The notes under the pieces: model-generated
Told to the model about the DNA's origin: nothing
Database searches by the model: none
The model's input: the letters and a program-made list of their open reading frames with translations, nothing else
Part shown: positions 47,411 through 57,295 of the stretch, piece by piece
Layout: the number at the start of each line of letters is the position of its first letter
Numbering within the stretch: position 1 is the first letter of the stretch
Translations under genes and position numbers: made by a program
Assembly: GCA_965197905.1 (NCBI GenBank)
Contig: CBDAOB010000005.1
Coordinates: 588,176 to 652,175 of the forward strand
Reading direction: 5' to 3'
From: Candidatus Latescibacterota bacterium
GTDB taxonomy: Bacteria > Latescibacterota > UBA2968 > UBA8231
DNA length: 64,000 bases

Positions 47411-49092
47411 TTACTCGTACACCACGCTTACGCCGCGATGGCGCAGTGCGCCGATCTGGAAGGTTGCTGCCAGGACCGAGAGCGGGTTCCCAGCCAAGGT
47501 GATCACGGTTTCCTCGCCAATAGCCAGGTTCTCAACCAGAGGGGTAAGATCGGATATTTCGTTCGAGGACAGGAGTAACCGACGGAGATTCTGCGAGCCC
47601 GCCAGCGGCCCAAGATCACTGATCTGATTTGAAGAGACATTCAATTCTTCCAGGTTCGTCAACCTGCAACGAAGGCGATGTCGTCGATGCCGTTGTGGCT
47701 GAGTTGCAGGTGGGTCAGCGCCTTGTTGGCCAGGGATGGGACACCGCTGATCTGGTTGTTGTTGGCAACTAGGCTTTCCAGCTTTGGGAGGTTTCCGAGG
47801 GTGGACAGGTCGGAGATCTGATTCAGCGAAATTCTGAGCTCGCGCAGATTGACGAGGCTGCCCAGCGGTCCCAGATCCTCGATCCTGTTGCGATCCAACA
47901 AAAGTACTTCGAGGTCTGCCAGGGTACCCAACGCGGAGATATCGACGAGGCGATTCTGGCTGAGGACCAATCTCTTCAATCGGGATAAACCGGAAAGCGG
48001 CTCCAAGCTGCCAAGCGGATTGTGGGCGAGTCCGAGCTCACGAAGATTGATCAGACCGGACAGGGCGGAAAGGTCGACGATTCCGTTGAAGTCGAGTGTC
48101 AGAAACTCGAGCTGAACCAAAGCGGCCAGCGGAGTGATATCGACGATCTGATTCGTGCCCAGCGACAGAACCCGCAGATTGCGCAGACCAGCCAGCGGGG
48201 TCAGGTCGGTAATTCGATTCAAACTGACTCGCAATTCCTCCAGACGGGTAAGTTTCTCGATGCCACCAAGGCTGGTGACAATGCTGTTGATTTGCTGGAG
48301 CGCCCTGACTCCGGCTACATCCGTCAGGGTGATCTCCCCCTCCGATATCTGGCTGGCGCGCCGAAGCGATGAGAATAGGAAGGGGTCGTCGAAAACGAGC
48401 GGATCGCGAATGCGCATCACCTCGAAGTTCAGCGGAGCCCGCCGGTCGATCTCCTGTCCTTGAAGAGCCAGCGTTTCGATGTCGAATCCGGAGATGATCA
48501 CAGAGAACAAATCGGGGTGCGCCTGGGCTGGAATCGCAGTCTTTGCGGGTCGAGCTGAAAGGATGGTGCTGGGGCCGTCTATCAAGGTCATCTTTCGCGT
48601 TTGGGAAGAAGAGCCCGCCTTCAGACGGTAGAAGTAGACCCCCGCCGCGACTCCGAAACCGTTTCGGTCCCGCCCGTGCCAGGGTATCTGGTATTGGCCC
48701 GCAGGGCGTTCGTCATCGAGCAGGATTTGCACCGGATGCCCGAGGCTGTTGTAGACCGCTAAACGCACATGGGATGGGCGGTCGAGCCGGAAGGAAATGA
48801 GGGTGCTGGGATTGAAGGGATTTGGATAGTTCGGCGACAGGCGGAACCCCTGGGGAACGCCTGAGTCGCGCTCGAAAATCGAAGTGGGAATATCGACGGC
48901 GATGACATAGGCCCCAAAGGTATCGGTGGTATCCGACACGAAACTGTTCCCCGTCGCTTCGTTGGTCAGCTCCACCATGGCACCGGAGACGGCAACACCC
49001 TGGCCGTCGGTAACCTGTCCCGAAAGGTTAAGTGCGCTGGCGGTTTGCACTGCGAGCAGAACGGCGATCGTCAGCGCAACAATCAGTCGCAA
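47411..49092 (-). CDS. Secreted leucine-rich-repeat (internalin-like) protein with N-terminal CarboxypepD_reg-like and internal T9SS-CTD/FlgD-Ig-like domain; 1-nt frameshift near 47660
   Basis: Signal peptide 'MRLIVALTIAVLLAVQTASA'. 'SGQVTDGQGVAVSGAMVEL' is CarbopepD_reg-like. The internal 'NYPNPFNPSTLISFRL...VYNSLGHPV...GVYFYRL' is a T9SS-CTD-like domain. It is followed by >12 22-residue LRRs ('LxxLxxLxLxxNxIxDLxPLxx'). The repeat register continues exactly across the junction 'SHNGIDDIAFVAG|LTNLEELNVSSNQISDL', and GGTTG versus the expected GGTTTG gives a -1 indel. Confidence 0.6.
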
Positions 49093-49216
49093 CGCAACTC
49101 CTTTGTTAGGCGTGAGCCTAACGGTTCGATTCCAAGGGCATGGACATCCAACGGCGATGGCGCTCTCTAGTTAGATATCTCCACGGCCGTTCCCGATTCA
49201 CGGATTCGGCACAGGG

Positions 49217-50333
49217 TCAAAGGGCGCCGAAGATCCACCAGCACGGAATATACTGCCCGGGGGAACCCAAACCTCTGCGTTGGAGATCATGTTCCTGCTG
49301 ATATTCGAAGTACCCGCCTCCAGACCTCTGCATTCCATCGATCCATTCGGCGGCCTCGCGGTAAGCGGCTGTCCTACAAAAGGTATCAGATCCGGTAGCC
49401 AGATCGTAAAATCTCGAGGCCACGGCGATGGCTCCGGTGCCGCGAATATTGGCTTCGGAGGTGACGATCCCTCGGCATCCGTCGCGATGACCATAACCCC
49501 CTTTGATCTTGCCGCACCTGTATACCTGACTGTTCAGCAATGACTGAATGCTCGGTCGGACCTCCCGGGATACGTAATCCGAGCCGCCGTGCCGCAGCAT
49601 CAGCAGCGCGTGATAGGCACGCATGAACGGCATGGTTTCCTCGTCGAACGATTCGAAGGCGGCGCGGATGGATTGGACCAGGCGATCCACGACCGGCTCC
49701 AGATCCGGTCGCCAGGCGCGCCATTCCGCCAGTCCCAGCAGGAACATGGCTTGATAGGCGGCGGGGTTGGAACGCAAGCTGCTGAGATGCTCATCCTTGT
49801 CTTCGCGGAAGTAGCCGTCCGCCGAATTCCACATGGGAAGCAGGTAGGTCAATGCCCGCTCCACCATTTCCCGATAACAGTCGTTTCCGGTAAGATTCTG
49901 GAACTTGGCCACGGCGTAGGCGACCGCGCCCACAACCGGGGGATCCTCGCGCTCCCAAGTGGGGCGTCGCTCTTCCTCGGACGCGGTGAACTCCAGTCCG
50001 TCAGGGCCCAGGTCGAGGGTCCACCCGCCGGAAGGTTTCTGCAAGCGCTGCAAGCGATCGAGAACCCGCGTCGCACCGTCGAGGATCTCGGCTTGACTCC
50101 CGATTCGGTACGCCTCCAGCAGGACCCAGGCGATCTCCGCGGAGGTAGAGATTGCTTTCCGGACCCCAACGTTCTTCAACCTCGTAGGAGCCATCGGCCT
50201 CGAGGTGTTCGAGCAGAAGCCGGCAGGCGGCGAAGGCATCGTCCAGCCGGCTCAGATCGACCGACTCCAGGTTGCCCTCGAGCGGGCTCAGCCCGGTTGG
50301 TGGGGAGTTTTCCTGTTCCGACACAGCATTCAA
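49217..50333 (-). CDS. Hypothetical alpha/alpha-toroid-repeat protein (terpenoid-cyclase/prenyltransferase-like repeats), apparent frameshift near 50180
   Basis: Two overlapping ORFs (50001..50333 and 49217..50239) in different frames both carry a similar repeat pattern ('LDDAFAACRLLLEHLEADGS' / 'TRVLDRLQRLQKPSGGW'). The junction lies in a GGGG run. Confidence 0.4.
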
Positions 50334-50337
50334 CGTT

Positions 50338-50826
50338 TTAGCGACTGTCTCGCGGATTCCTGATGGAGCCGACGGCAGTAAGCAGAACGGCGGTCAGGAG
50401 CAGAAAGGCACCGATTGGCAGCAGCAGAATCCCGGCACCCGGATCTCCGCCGTAGATAATGGTCCCTCCCAGGAAGAAGCCCGCCGGCATGAGGAGGCTC
50501 GCCCCCATGAGCGCAGCGGAAACAAACGGGGTAGCGAGAGAGAGATCCGGTTTTGCGTGCAGGGTTGCCGCATAGGCGATGTGAACGAGGGACAAAAAGG
50601 TGCCGTGGGCGTGAGCGAGCCGCCACATCAACCGGCGAGGTTCCGTGCCCACATCCAGATACCAGGATACTTTGAAGCCGTGAAGGCTCTCCAGGAAGAT
50701 ACCCAGGCAAACGAAGAGGAATAGTGACCACCACCCGAAGCGGAGGTGTCTCGCGACCAGCTGGGTCACTGGCTGGCTGGCGACAGCGTCTTCAGGACTG
50801 CCGGCCGCGCGTTTCGATCTGCTCAT
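50338..50826 (-). CDS. Small integral membrane protein (4 predicted TM helices), unknown function
   Basis: The likely start is 'MSRSKRAAG'. The hydrophobic segments are 'WWSLFLFVCLGIFL', 'FLSLVHIAYAATL', 'FVSAALMGASLLMPAGFFLGG' and 'ILLLPIGAFLLLTAVLL'. Confidence 0.5.
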   Translation of the reverse strand: MSRSKRAAGSPEDAVASQPVTQLVARHLRFGWWSLFLFVCLGIFLESLHGFKVSWYLDVGTEPRRLMWRLAHAHGTFLSLVHIAYAATLHAKPDLSLATPFVSAALMGASLLMPAGFFLGGTIIYGGDPGAGILLLPIGAFLLLTAVLLTAVGSIRNPRDSR

Positions 50827-50862
50827 CAGTACCGTGCCCGGGTGCGGACGATCTCGCCACAT

Positions 50863-52818
50863 TTACTCCTGTAGCCAAACCTCGCGATTATTCCTCTCGG
50901 CGAAGATCCGTTCGAAAATGTCGTCGCGCAAGCCACCTTCCGGCGAGATCAGCACTTGCTTCAGGTCTTCGGTTCGATGTTGAGATCGCTCCCATATCGC
51001 CTTCGCCTGGCGGGATTTGACGGCCAGGATTTCAGGCGTCGCGATATAGTCGTATTCGAAGTCTTCGAATTGCGAAAAGGTGGCAAGGGAGCGATAAGCG
51101 ACCAATCGGACTGCCGCGTAAGGGTCATTCAATAACGTGGCCAGATAGGGAGGGATCCACTCCCCTCCGGCCACTTTGCGCGCCGCTTCCCAGCCCAGGC
51201 TCCAGCCCATGAGCACCCGTTGTCCCGCATCCCCCCGCAACGTCCACAACACCGACGCAGCAAAGCTGCGCTCGTCTTCACTTAGGACCGGCCGCGGTAT
51301 GTCGTACCACTCCTTCAGGTACTCAGACGTCCACGACAGGGTCTTGTCCAGGTGGCACTGGTTACAGGCGTTGGGGCGCCCCGTTTCAACACTGGCGATT
51401 ACACTCGGTGAATCCACCTGGTGACTACGGATTGCCCCCATGAGACCGTAGGTGGTGTGGGGCATGTGGCAGTTGTAGCACAGGCTGCCGCTGGAGCCGG
51501 GTTGGTGACGGGTGTGCTGGACGAGGGTGTCGCCGACAGCCGGGTGACACTGCAGGCAAGCGTCGTTGGTCTCCATTTCCTGCTCCAACTGCTCGTCGGC
51601 CCACGTTCGCATCGACCGCGGGTCGTCGGCGTCTTGATGCATCCGGTGGCAGGAGAGGCACGTCATCGTACGCTCCGCGTCGTCGTGTTGAAAGCAAGGG
51701 CTCTCGATCAAGGCGTTGTATTCGCGTCCGGTGACCCGAATCATGCCGTCCGACCAGAACAGTGTGCTCATGTAGCCGGGATTCTTGTGGAGGAAGTCGT
51801 TGACGGCCGGGTGGTCAACACCGTTGCCAAAATGTTGTCGCGTTATCGCCAGCTCATCGCCGGGCCGATAGCGATTACCAAACTTGGTCCAAGCCCACAT
51901 CTCCTCTGGCCGGTTTACCGTCATCAGCACCCCGTGGCACTGACCGCACACTTCTGCGGAACGTTTTGGCGGCAGATGCTGCGGATGAGTCGTCGTGGCA
52001 TCTCTGCCGCCGAAGAGATGCAGCATATATCGTCGCCACGGCTTCTGATTTTCCCGCACATGGTCCTCCCCCGGACCGTGACACGACTCGCAGGCGATGC
52101 CGAACTCGCCTACCTGTGTGTCCATTTCGCCGCTCGGGTCAAACCGCGCCCGCGGATGGGTTGCGTGGCATTTGATGCAGGAGGTGTTCCAAACCGCCGG
52201 CGACCACTTTCGCTCGGGGGGTACCACGTAGGAGGCATTGACCGGGACCCAGCGATCTTCGTGAATGAGGTAGAGGACTGGCAACTGAACCACCCTTCGA
52301 TCATCCCCCACGGCCATCCAGAATACCTGCATGTGATGGGAGCCGGTGGTCATGACGATCTTGCGTCGGATCGGCTTTTGCCCCGATCCGGCCGGAGGAT
52401 CAAGAGCAATCCAAAGATCCTCGCCGTCACGCTCTAAGCGCAGCGTTTCGCCGCCAATCTCGACCGTACCAGACCAACGTGGCGCCACGCTCTCGGGGCT
52501 CGCCACCTGGGTCATGGTCCGGTGGTAGGATGAGTGCCAGGTGTCGTACTCCTGCGGGTGGCATGATCTGCAAGCGTCGGAGGAGATGTAGCCGGCGTCC
52601 GCGACCTGGGTGGGACGATCGGTGGTTGAAAGCGGTAGCACGACTTCGTCAAGCCGACCGGCCACAGCCCACCCGGCACCAGCGGGTAGAACCAAGAGTA
52701 GGGCCGGCGCGCCGGCGCGAAGCCAGCGGGAATCGGCTCGCCATGCACGCAAGGCCAGCGGAGCGAATGCCAGCGCAACTAGGGCTGCTGCAGCGATCGT
52801 TTCAAGGTTGGTTATCAT
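50863..52818 (-). CDS. Membrane-anchored octaheme c-type cytochrome with C-terminal helical (HEAT-like) domain
   Basis: Start at ATG 52816-52818 ('MITNLETIAAAALVALAFAPLAL' TM anchor). It has eight CxxCH motifs: CRSCH, CIKCH, CESCH, CGQCH, CLSCH, CLQCH, CYNCH, CNQCH. Confidence 0.8.
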   Translation of the reverse strand: MITNLETIAAAALVALAFAPLALRAWRADSRWLRAGAPALLLVLPAGAGWAVAGRLDEVVLPLSTTDRPTQVADAGYISSDACRSCHPQEYDTWHSSYHRTMTQVASPESVAPRWSGTVEIGGETLRLERDGEDLWIALDPPAGSGQKPIRRKIVMTTGSHHMQVFWMAVGDDRRVVQLPVLYLIHEDRWVPVNASYVVPPERKWSPAVWNTSCIKCHATHPRARFDPSGEMDTQVGEFGIACESCHGPGEDHVRENQKPWRRYMLHLFGGRDATTTHPQHLPPKRSAEVCGQCHGVLMTVNRPEEMWAWTKFGNRYRPGDELAITRQHFGNGVDHPAVNDFLHKNPGYMSTLFWSDGMIRVTGREYNALIESPCFQHDDAERTMTCLSCHRMHQDADDPRSMRTWADEQLEQEMETNDACLQCHPAVGDTLVQHTRHQPGSSGSLCYNCHMPHTTYGLMGAIRSHQVDSPSVIASVETGRPNACNQCHLDKTLSWTSEYLKEWYDIPRPVLSEDERSFAASVLWTLRGDAGQRVLMGWSLGWEAARKVAGGEWIPPYLATLLNDPYAAVRLVAYRSLATFSQFEDFEYDYIATPEILAVKSRQAKAIWERSQHRTEDLKQVLISPEGGLRDDIFERIFAERNNREVWLQE

Positions 52819-54452
52819 GATTCCGCACCCGCACCCGCACCCGCACCCGCCCAACCGTTCCCCCCAGCGCGAACCGACCTTTCTTCCTTGAGCACCTCGG
52901 CGCCATGGGCGTTGCCACAGATCCAGTCCACCACTTCCACGTCATGGCCCATCTTCCGCAGACCGTTGGCGATATCGCTGTTCATTGTATCGAGGATCTC
53001 TATTGGTTCTCCGGTCGTCACGTGCAATCTGGGGGAGCTGGCCACTTGTAACGAGGTGGCCCCGAAATCGACGAGCTGTTGGGCCATCATGGTGGAGACG
53101 CAGATAATCCGGCGCCCACCCGGGAGACCGATAGCCGCATCGCGGTCCATCGAGCGGACCAGCAGGGGACAGCCGTTATTCAGCGGCCGTTTCCCGGGGG
53201 CAACCGAGTTGGCCCGGCCCGGATGGGGATTGAACCGGCACATTCCATGTCCCAAAATAATTCCGGTTCCGGGTACGGTAAAACAGGAGCCGAATTTCCC
53301 GCCCTGGGTCACGGTCATGGAGACCACGTTGCCCTCTATGTCGGTCGCCGAGATGTGATGGGTATGGGTATTGGATTTCCCAGACGCCCCTTGGGTGGAG
53401 CGGTCGACGTTCTCGGGAAACTGCAGCAGAGTCTCGACACGGCCACGAGCGCAATCGGCGCTGAGAAGCTGTTCTATGGGGACCTCCATAAAGTTGGGGT
53501 CGGCCAGGTAGAGCAGTCGGTCTCGCCAGGCTAGCTTGGCCACCTCCGCAAGCCGATGCCAATATATCGCCTGGTCCGCATTCACCGGCTCGAAACAGTC
53601 CAACATCCGCAACATCTGCAGGGGAGTAAGCGAACCGTGCGTGAGGACGGGTCCGTAGACTCGAGCATCGCGGTAACGCACGGCGTACGGCTCGCCCACC
53701 TCGGCTTCGTAGGACGCCATATCCTCACGACTCAAGATCCCGCCCGCTGCTCGCACGCTGTCGGCGATGGTGCGTCCCAGGTCTCCGTCATAGAAGTCCC
53801 GCCAACCGGCCGTGGCCAGGCGGCCAAGGGTCTTTTCCATGTCGGGGCGATGCCAGGTCTCATCCGCACCCGGGAGCCGTGCATTCGGCATGAGGTGGCG
53901 GACGGTCGGCTCGTACCTGCGAATCGCCTCTGCGCATTCGGCGGTGTCGTCGGCCAGCTCGCGGCCATAGGGAAATCCATCCTCCAACAGCTGGCGGGAG
54001 TGGCCCACAATCCGTTCCCATGGTTGTTGCCCCCAGCGCTCCCACAGGGTGCCCATCGCTGCCATCTGCCCAGGCACGGCTACCGACAGGGGACCGTAAA
54101 CGTTGGCGTCGCCGCGGACGCTACATCCGTATTCGTCTTCGTTGATGCCTATAGGATTCGAACGGCGGGGAAGGACTTCGAACATCGACTCGTGGGCGGT
54201 CGCCGGTGCTTTGCCGCTGGCGTCCAGTGACCAGGTTTCTCCGGTGGATCCGTCGACCACGACGGCCGACGACATGTAGCCGCCGATCCCGTTCTTGTGG
54301 GGAGCCAGCATACAACAGGCGAGGGCGGCGGCCGTCGTCGCATCCATGGCGTTACCGCCCTGCTCCAGAACTCGCGCCCCGACGCGGGCCGCCTCGTCCG
54401 GCGAGGCGGCAACGGCACCTTTTATGGAGACGACCTCGTACCCTTCGATCAA
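52815..54452 (-). CDS. ggt: Gamma-glutamyltranspeptidase (GGT) family protein with C-terminal Gly-Ala repeat tail
   Basis: 'KGAVAASPDEAARVGARVLEQGGNAMDA' is the GGT N-terminal signature. 'NTHTHHISATDIEGNVVSMTVT' holds the nucleophile Thr region (T-T-H-x-S), and 'GSCFTVPGTGIILGHGM' is the oxyanion region. The start is tentatively TTG at 54452; the longer ORF-track N-terminus overlaps 54499..55965 by 256 nt and is S/T/P/R-rich junk-like. The stop TGA overlaps the cytochrome ATG. Confidence 0.65.
   Translation of the reverse strand: MIEGYEVVSIKGAVAASPDEAARVGARVLEQGGNAMDATTAAALACCMLAPHKNGIGGYMSSAVVVDGSTGETWSLDASGKAPATAHESMFEVLPRRSNPIGINEDEYGCSVRGDANVYGPLSVAVPGQMAAMGTLWERWGQQPWERIVGHSRQLLEDGFPYGRELADDTAECAEAIRRYEPTVRHLMPNARLPGADETWHRPDMEKTLGRLATAGWRDFYDGDLGRTIADSVRAAGGILSREDMASYEAEVGEPYAVRYRDARVYGPVLTHGSLTPLQMLRMLDCFEPVNADQAIYWHRLAEVAKLAWRDRLLYLADPNFMEVPIEQLLSADCARGRVETLLQFPENVDRSTQGASGKSNTHTHHISATDIEGNVVSMTVTQGGKFGSCFTVPGTGIILGHGMCRFNPHPGRANSVAPGKRPLNNGCPLLVRSMDRDAAIGLPGGRRIICVSTMMAQQLVDFGATSLQVASSPRLHVTTGEPIEILDTMNSDIANGLRKMGHDVEVVDWICGNAHGAEVLKEERSVRAGGNGWAGAGAGAGAES
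52825..52850. repeat. Hexanucleotide microsatellite (GCACCC)4 (= (GGGTGC)n on the coding strand)
   Basis: 'gcacccgcacccgcacccgcaccc' encodes the 'AGAGAGAGA' C-terminal tail of the GGT gene and lies 7 nt upstream of the cytochrome ATG. Confidence 0.85.
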
Positions 54453-54498
54453 CGAACCCTCAAACGACGCTGGCGCGCAGGCGGCGGGAAAAGAACAG

Positions 54499-55965
54499 CT
54501 ACTCGATCCAGAACGAGAACAGGCGGGCCTGGCGTAGATAGAGCTTGAGGCGCACGGGCTTCTCAAAGACGAGGTCATGGGGGTGTTTCCATTTGATCTT
54601 CGCCCTGGTGCTGTCGCCGGTGAACGGTTCCGGGCTCTCTGCGGGCACCCAGAAGCCGTCGTGCGGCTTCCGCGTCTCGCCGTCGACGAGCTCGGCGTAG
54701 ATCTCACCCCAGCTGGCGTCGGCGTTGATGTAAACATCCTCTCCCTTAAGCTCAAACGGTTTGGAGAGCATCGTGCCGCATTCGCCGCCGTCGAGCGAGA
54801 CGAAGCCGTCCGGCCGCAGCTTTGCCAGCGTCAGCGCGCCGCTGTCTTCGAAATGCTCCGGTTTTACGTTGAGCCGAAACAGCTCCTGGGCGCGGCCAAA
54901 CTCCTTGAATTTCTCGATTGACCCCGGCATGCGCAGGGCGTTGTAGTAGCACCAGATCTCGCCGTCTGCCTGCACGATCGGGTGACCCGCCATCAGCAGC
55001 TGACTGCAGCCGTAATTCTCGCCGTCGAACGGTTCCAGGCCGATGAACAGGGCCCGGTCTGCCACCCGTTGCCAATTGTAGAGATCGCGGGACACGGTCA
55101 TCTCGATCTGGTTGATACGCGTATGGTTGGTGCCGGGTGGCGGGTTGGCGCCGAACGGATTGAAGATGGTCGGAAACCCGATGTAGAAACCCTGATACGG
55201 CAGCACTGCCATGTTGTAACACTCGGCGATGTAATCCTCGTCGTCGATGACCGGCGGCGTTATGTAGAGCGGGTTCTCGATCACTTCCCGCACCCTCTGG
55301 CGCCGGTTCTGGCGGTCGATCTCATCGGTGTGAAAGATCAGTTTTGGTTCGCTGAACTCGCGAAAGTCCGTGCTGGTGGATAGCCACACCGACCGTCCCC
55401 ACTCGGTGCTCAACTTGACCATGGCGAGGAACTGATTGGACTGGTGATCGTGAGTGAACTGAGACTCGTCCTGACTGGGAATGGGGGAGGTGTCCACCAG
55501 GTTCCAGTGAAAGCCATCCGGCGACACGGCCGGGTAGCGATTGCTCGCGCTCAGCATCCCCTTGTAACGTCGTTCCGGATCCGGATCGGTTTCGTCGCGA
55601 ACAATATGGTAGAGGCGCCCGGGACTTTTCTCGTTCGGATCGAATGCCGCCTGGCCGGCTGGATCGTAGGCGATGTTGTTTTCTTTGGACCCTTTCCATT
55701 CGAACAGCCCCAGGTTCGGTTGCTCCCAGTGCTCGCCGTCATCGGAGGTTGCGTAATAGACATTTTCCCCGAAGTACCACCACTCCCACAGATTCTTGTC
55801 CGAATTCCATTGCGGACAGGTCCTGCTCTGAATGCCACCGGTAATTACGGGCCCCCATTTCTTCGGGGAATGGATGGTGCGGGTCGCGCCTTTGATGCTG
55901 TCGGCGGCGAAGTCATCGACAAAGAGCTGCCGGTAGGTCTTGGGATCGATCAGTCCGTTTTTCAC
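54499..55965 (-). CDS. Cytoplasmic BNR/Asp-box beta-propeller protein (glycoside-hydrolase-like), paralog of 13989..15527
   Basis: GTG start at 55963-55965 with a perfect SD 'AGGAGGA' (spacing 6). It has Asp-box 'TSDDGEHW' and 'NNIAYDP'. Confidence 0.5.
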   Translation of the reverse strand: MKNGLIDPKTYRQLFVDDFAADSIKGATRTIHSPKKWGPVITGGIQSRTCPQWNSDKNLWEWWYFGENVYYATSDDGEHWEQPNLGLFEWKGSKENNIAYDPAGQAAFDPNEKSPGRLYHIVRDETDPDPERRYKGMLSASNRYPAVSPDGFHWNLVDTSPIPSQDESQFTHDHQSNQFLAMVKLSTEWGRSVWLSTSTDFREFSEPKLIFHTDEIDRQNRRQRVREVIENPLYITPPVIDDEDYIAECYNMAVLPYQGFYIGFPTIFNPFGANPPPGTNHTRINQIEMTVSRDLYNWQRVADRALFIGLEPFDGENYGCSQLLMAGHPIVQADGEIWCYYNALRMPGSIEKFKEFGRAQELFRLNVKPEHFEDSGALTLAKLRPDGFVSLDGGECGTMLSKPFELKGEDVYINADASWGEIYAELVDGETRKPHDGFWVPAESPEPFTGDSTRAKIKWKHPHDLVFEKPVRLKLYLRQARLFSFWIE

Positions 55966-56032
55966 GGTGCTTCCTCCTGAGGTGAGTGCGTAATTCGAGA
56001 GGTCGGTAGCCGGTTTTGGGACATCTACTCCC

Positions 56033-57295
56033 CTACCGTCTCGATGAATTGCGCAGCGACGAATCGGGCATTGACTGGATCTGCGTGAACAGCTCGGGCA
56101 ATCGGTCGATTCCGACTCGCTGGGACGAAGCCGGACTGCGATCGGCGGTGAGAAAGGTCTCGCGGAATCCGGACCCACTGAGCATCGCGACCACAGTGCC
56201 TTCATCCAGCCTGCCGCTCTGGCGTAAGCGGTTTAGGCCCGCGATACATGCGGCACTGGACGGCTCCGCGTAGAGTCCCTCGCTGCGTCCTAGTTCAGCC
56301 CCCGCTTGCAGCGCTTCTTCGTCGCTGACCGAGACGAAGAAACCCCCGGAGTCGCGGACGGCGCTAAGAGCATCTGCCCCGTCAGGGGGGAAGGGGTGGG
56401 CAATCTTGACCAGAATGGAAGGGGGAAGATCCTCATAGGGAAGCGCCAAAAGCTCGTCTTGTGTTTCGAGTCCCCGATTCAGCGCCACTTCCAGCCCGTT
56501 GTAGTCGCCGGGCACGACGCCGATCATCTGCGGCAATTGGGATATCTTCCCCATCCGTTCCAGGTCGCGGAAACCCCGCCAGATGCCGGCAATGGAACCG
56601 CCACCCCCCACCGGCACGAGCATGCGATCCGGGGCGTGACCGAGCTGCTCGACGATTTCGTAGGCGACAGTTTTGTTGCCCTCGCTCTGATACGGATTGG
56701 CTGCCCGGGTCGTGGTGCTCACGTAGAGCCCCAGATCGTGACAGATCTCGGTTACCCGCACAACAATCAGATCGATTTCCGCCTCCACCTCCACGATATT
56801 GCAGCCGAGCGCCTCCATGGGGAAGATGCGATCCCGGGGAACCCCGGAGGACATCACCGCTATGCTGGCCATGCCGGCACGGCTGGCCATCGCCGCGTTG
56901 GAGATGCCGGCGCTTCCGGTGGAGACGACGACTGATGCTCGGGCTCCAATCGCGCGCCCGTGATTGATGGCCACGGCAAGGGAGCGGTCTTTGTGGGAGC
57001 CGGTTGGATTGCGCGCCTCGTCCTTGATGAAAATCTGCAGGTCGCCGTCGCCAGTGACCGGTAGGAGGGGGGTGCCTCCCTCTCCCAGAGTGGTTATTGC
57101 CTCGGGTCCTTCGACGGGCAGCAGGGGCCAGAAGCGCCACATGCTGTTGCCGAACCGCGGGTCCCATGCGATGCTTTCGTAGTTGTAGGAAAACTCCAGG
57201 CGGCCGTGGCAGACCGAACACAAGGAGGCCTGCGGTTCGGTTTCCTGGTGCCGACAATCAGAGCAGCAGACTTCGAATCGGCTCAAGGCGGTCAA
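56033..57295 (-). CDS. Threonine-synthase-like PLP-dependent enzyme (TrpB-fold) with N-terminal zinc-ribbon
   Basis: TTG start. N-terminal 'CCSDC...CSVCHG' is a zinc ribbon. 'NPTGSHKDR' is the PLP-lysine motif (SFKDR-like), and 'GGGGSIAG' is the glycine-rich loop. Confidence 0.65.
   Translation of the reverse strand: MTALSRFEVCCSDCRHQETEPQASLCSVCHGRLEFSYNYESIAWDPRFGNSMWRFWPLLPVEGPEAITTLGEGGTPLLPVTGDGDLQIFIKDEARNPTGSHKDRSLAVAINHGRAIGARASVVVSTGSAGISNAAMASRAGMASIAVMSSGVPRDRIFPMEALGCNIVEVEAEIDLIVVRVTEICHDLGLYVSTTTRAANPYQSEGNKTVAYEIVEQLGHAPDRMLVPVGGGGSIAGIWRGFRDLERMGKISQLPQMIGVVPGDYNGLEVALNRGLETQDELLALPYEDLPPSILVKIAHPFPPDGADALSAVRDSGGFFVSVSDEEALQAGAELGRSEGLYAEPSSAACIAGLNRLRQSGRLDEGTVVAMLSGSGFRETFLTADRSPASSQRVGIDRLPELFTQIQSMPDSSLRNSSRR

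Noticed and set aside
52825-52850. Possible phase-variation switch at the (GCACCC)4 repeat
   Set aside because: The unit is a hexamer, so changes keep the GGT frame; it is not a classical on/off slipped-strand switch. It is retained only as a length-polymorphism or RBS-context observation.
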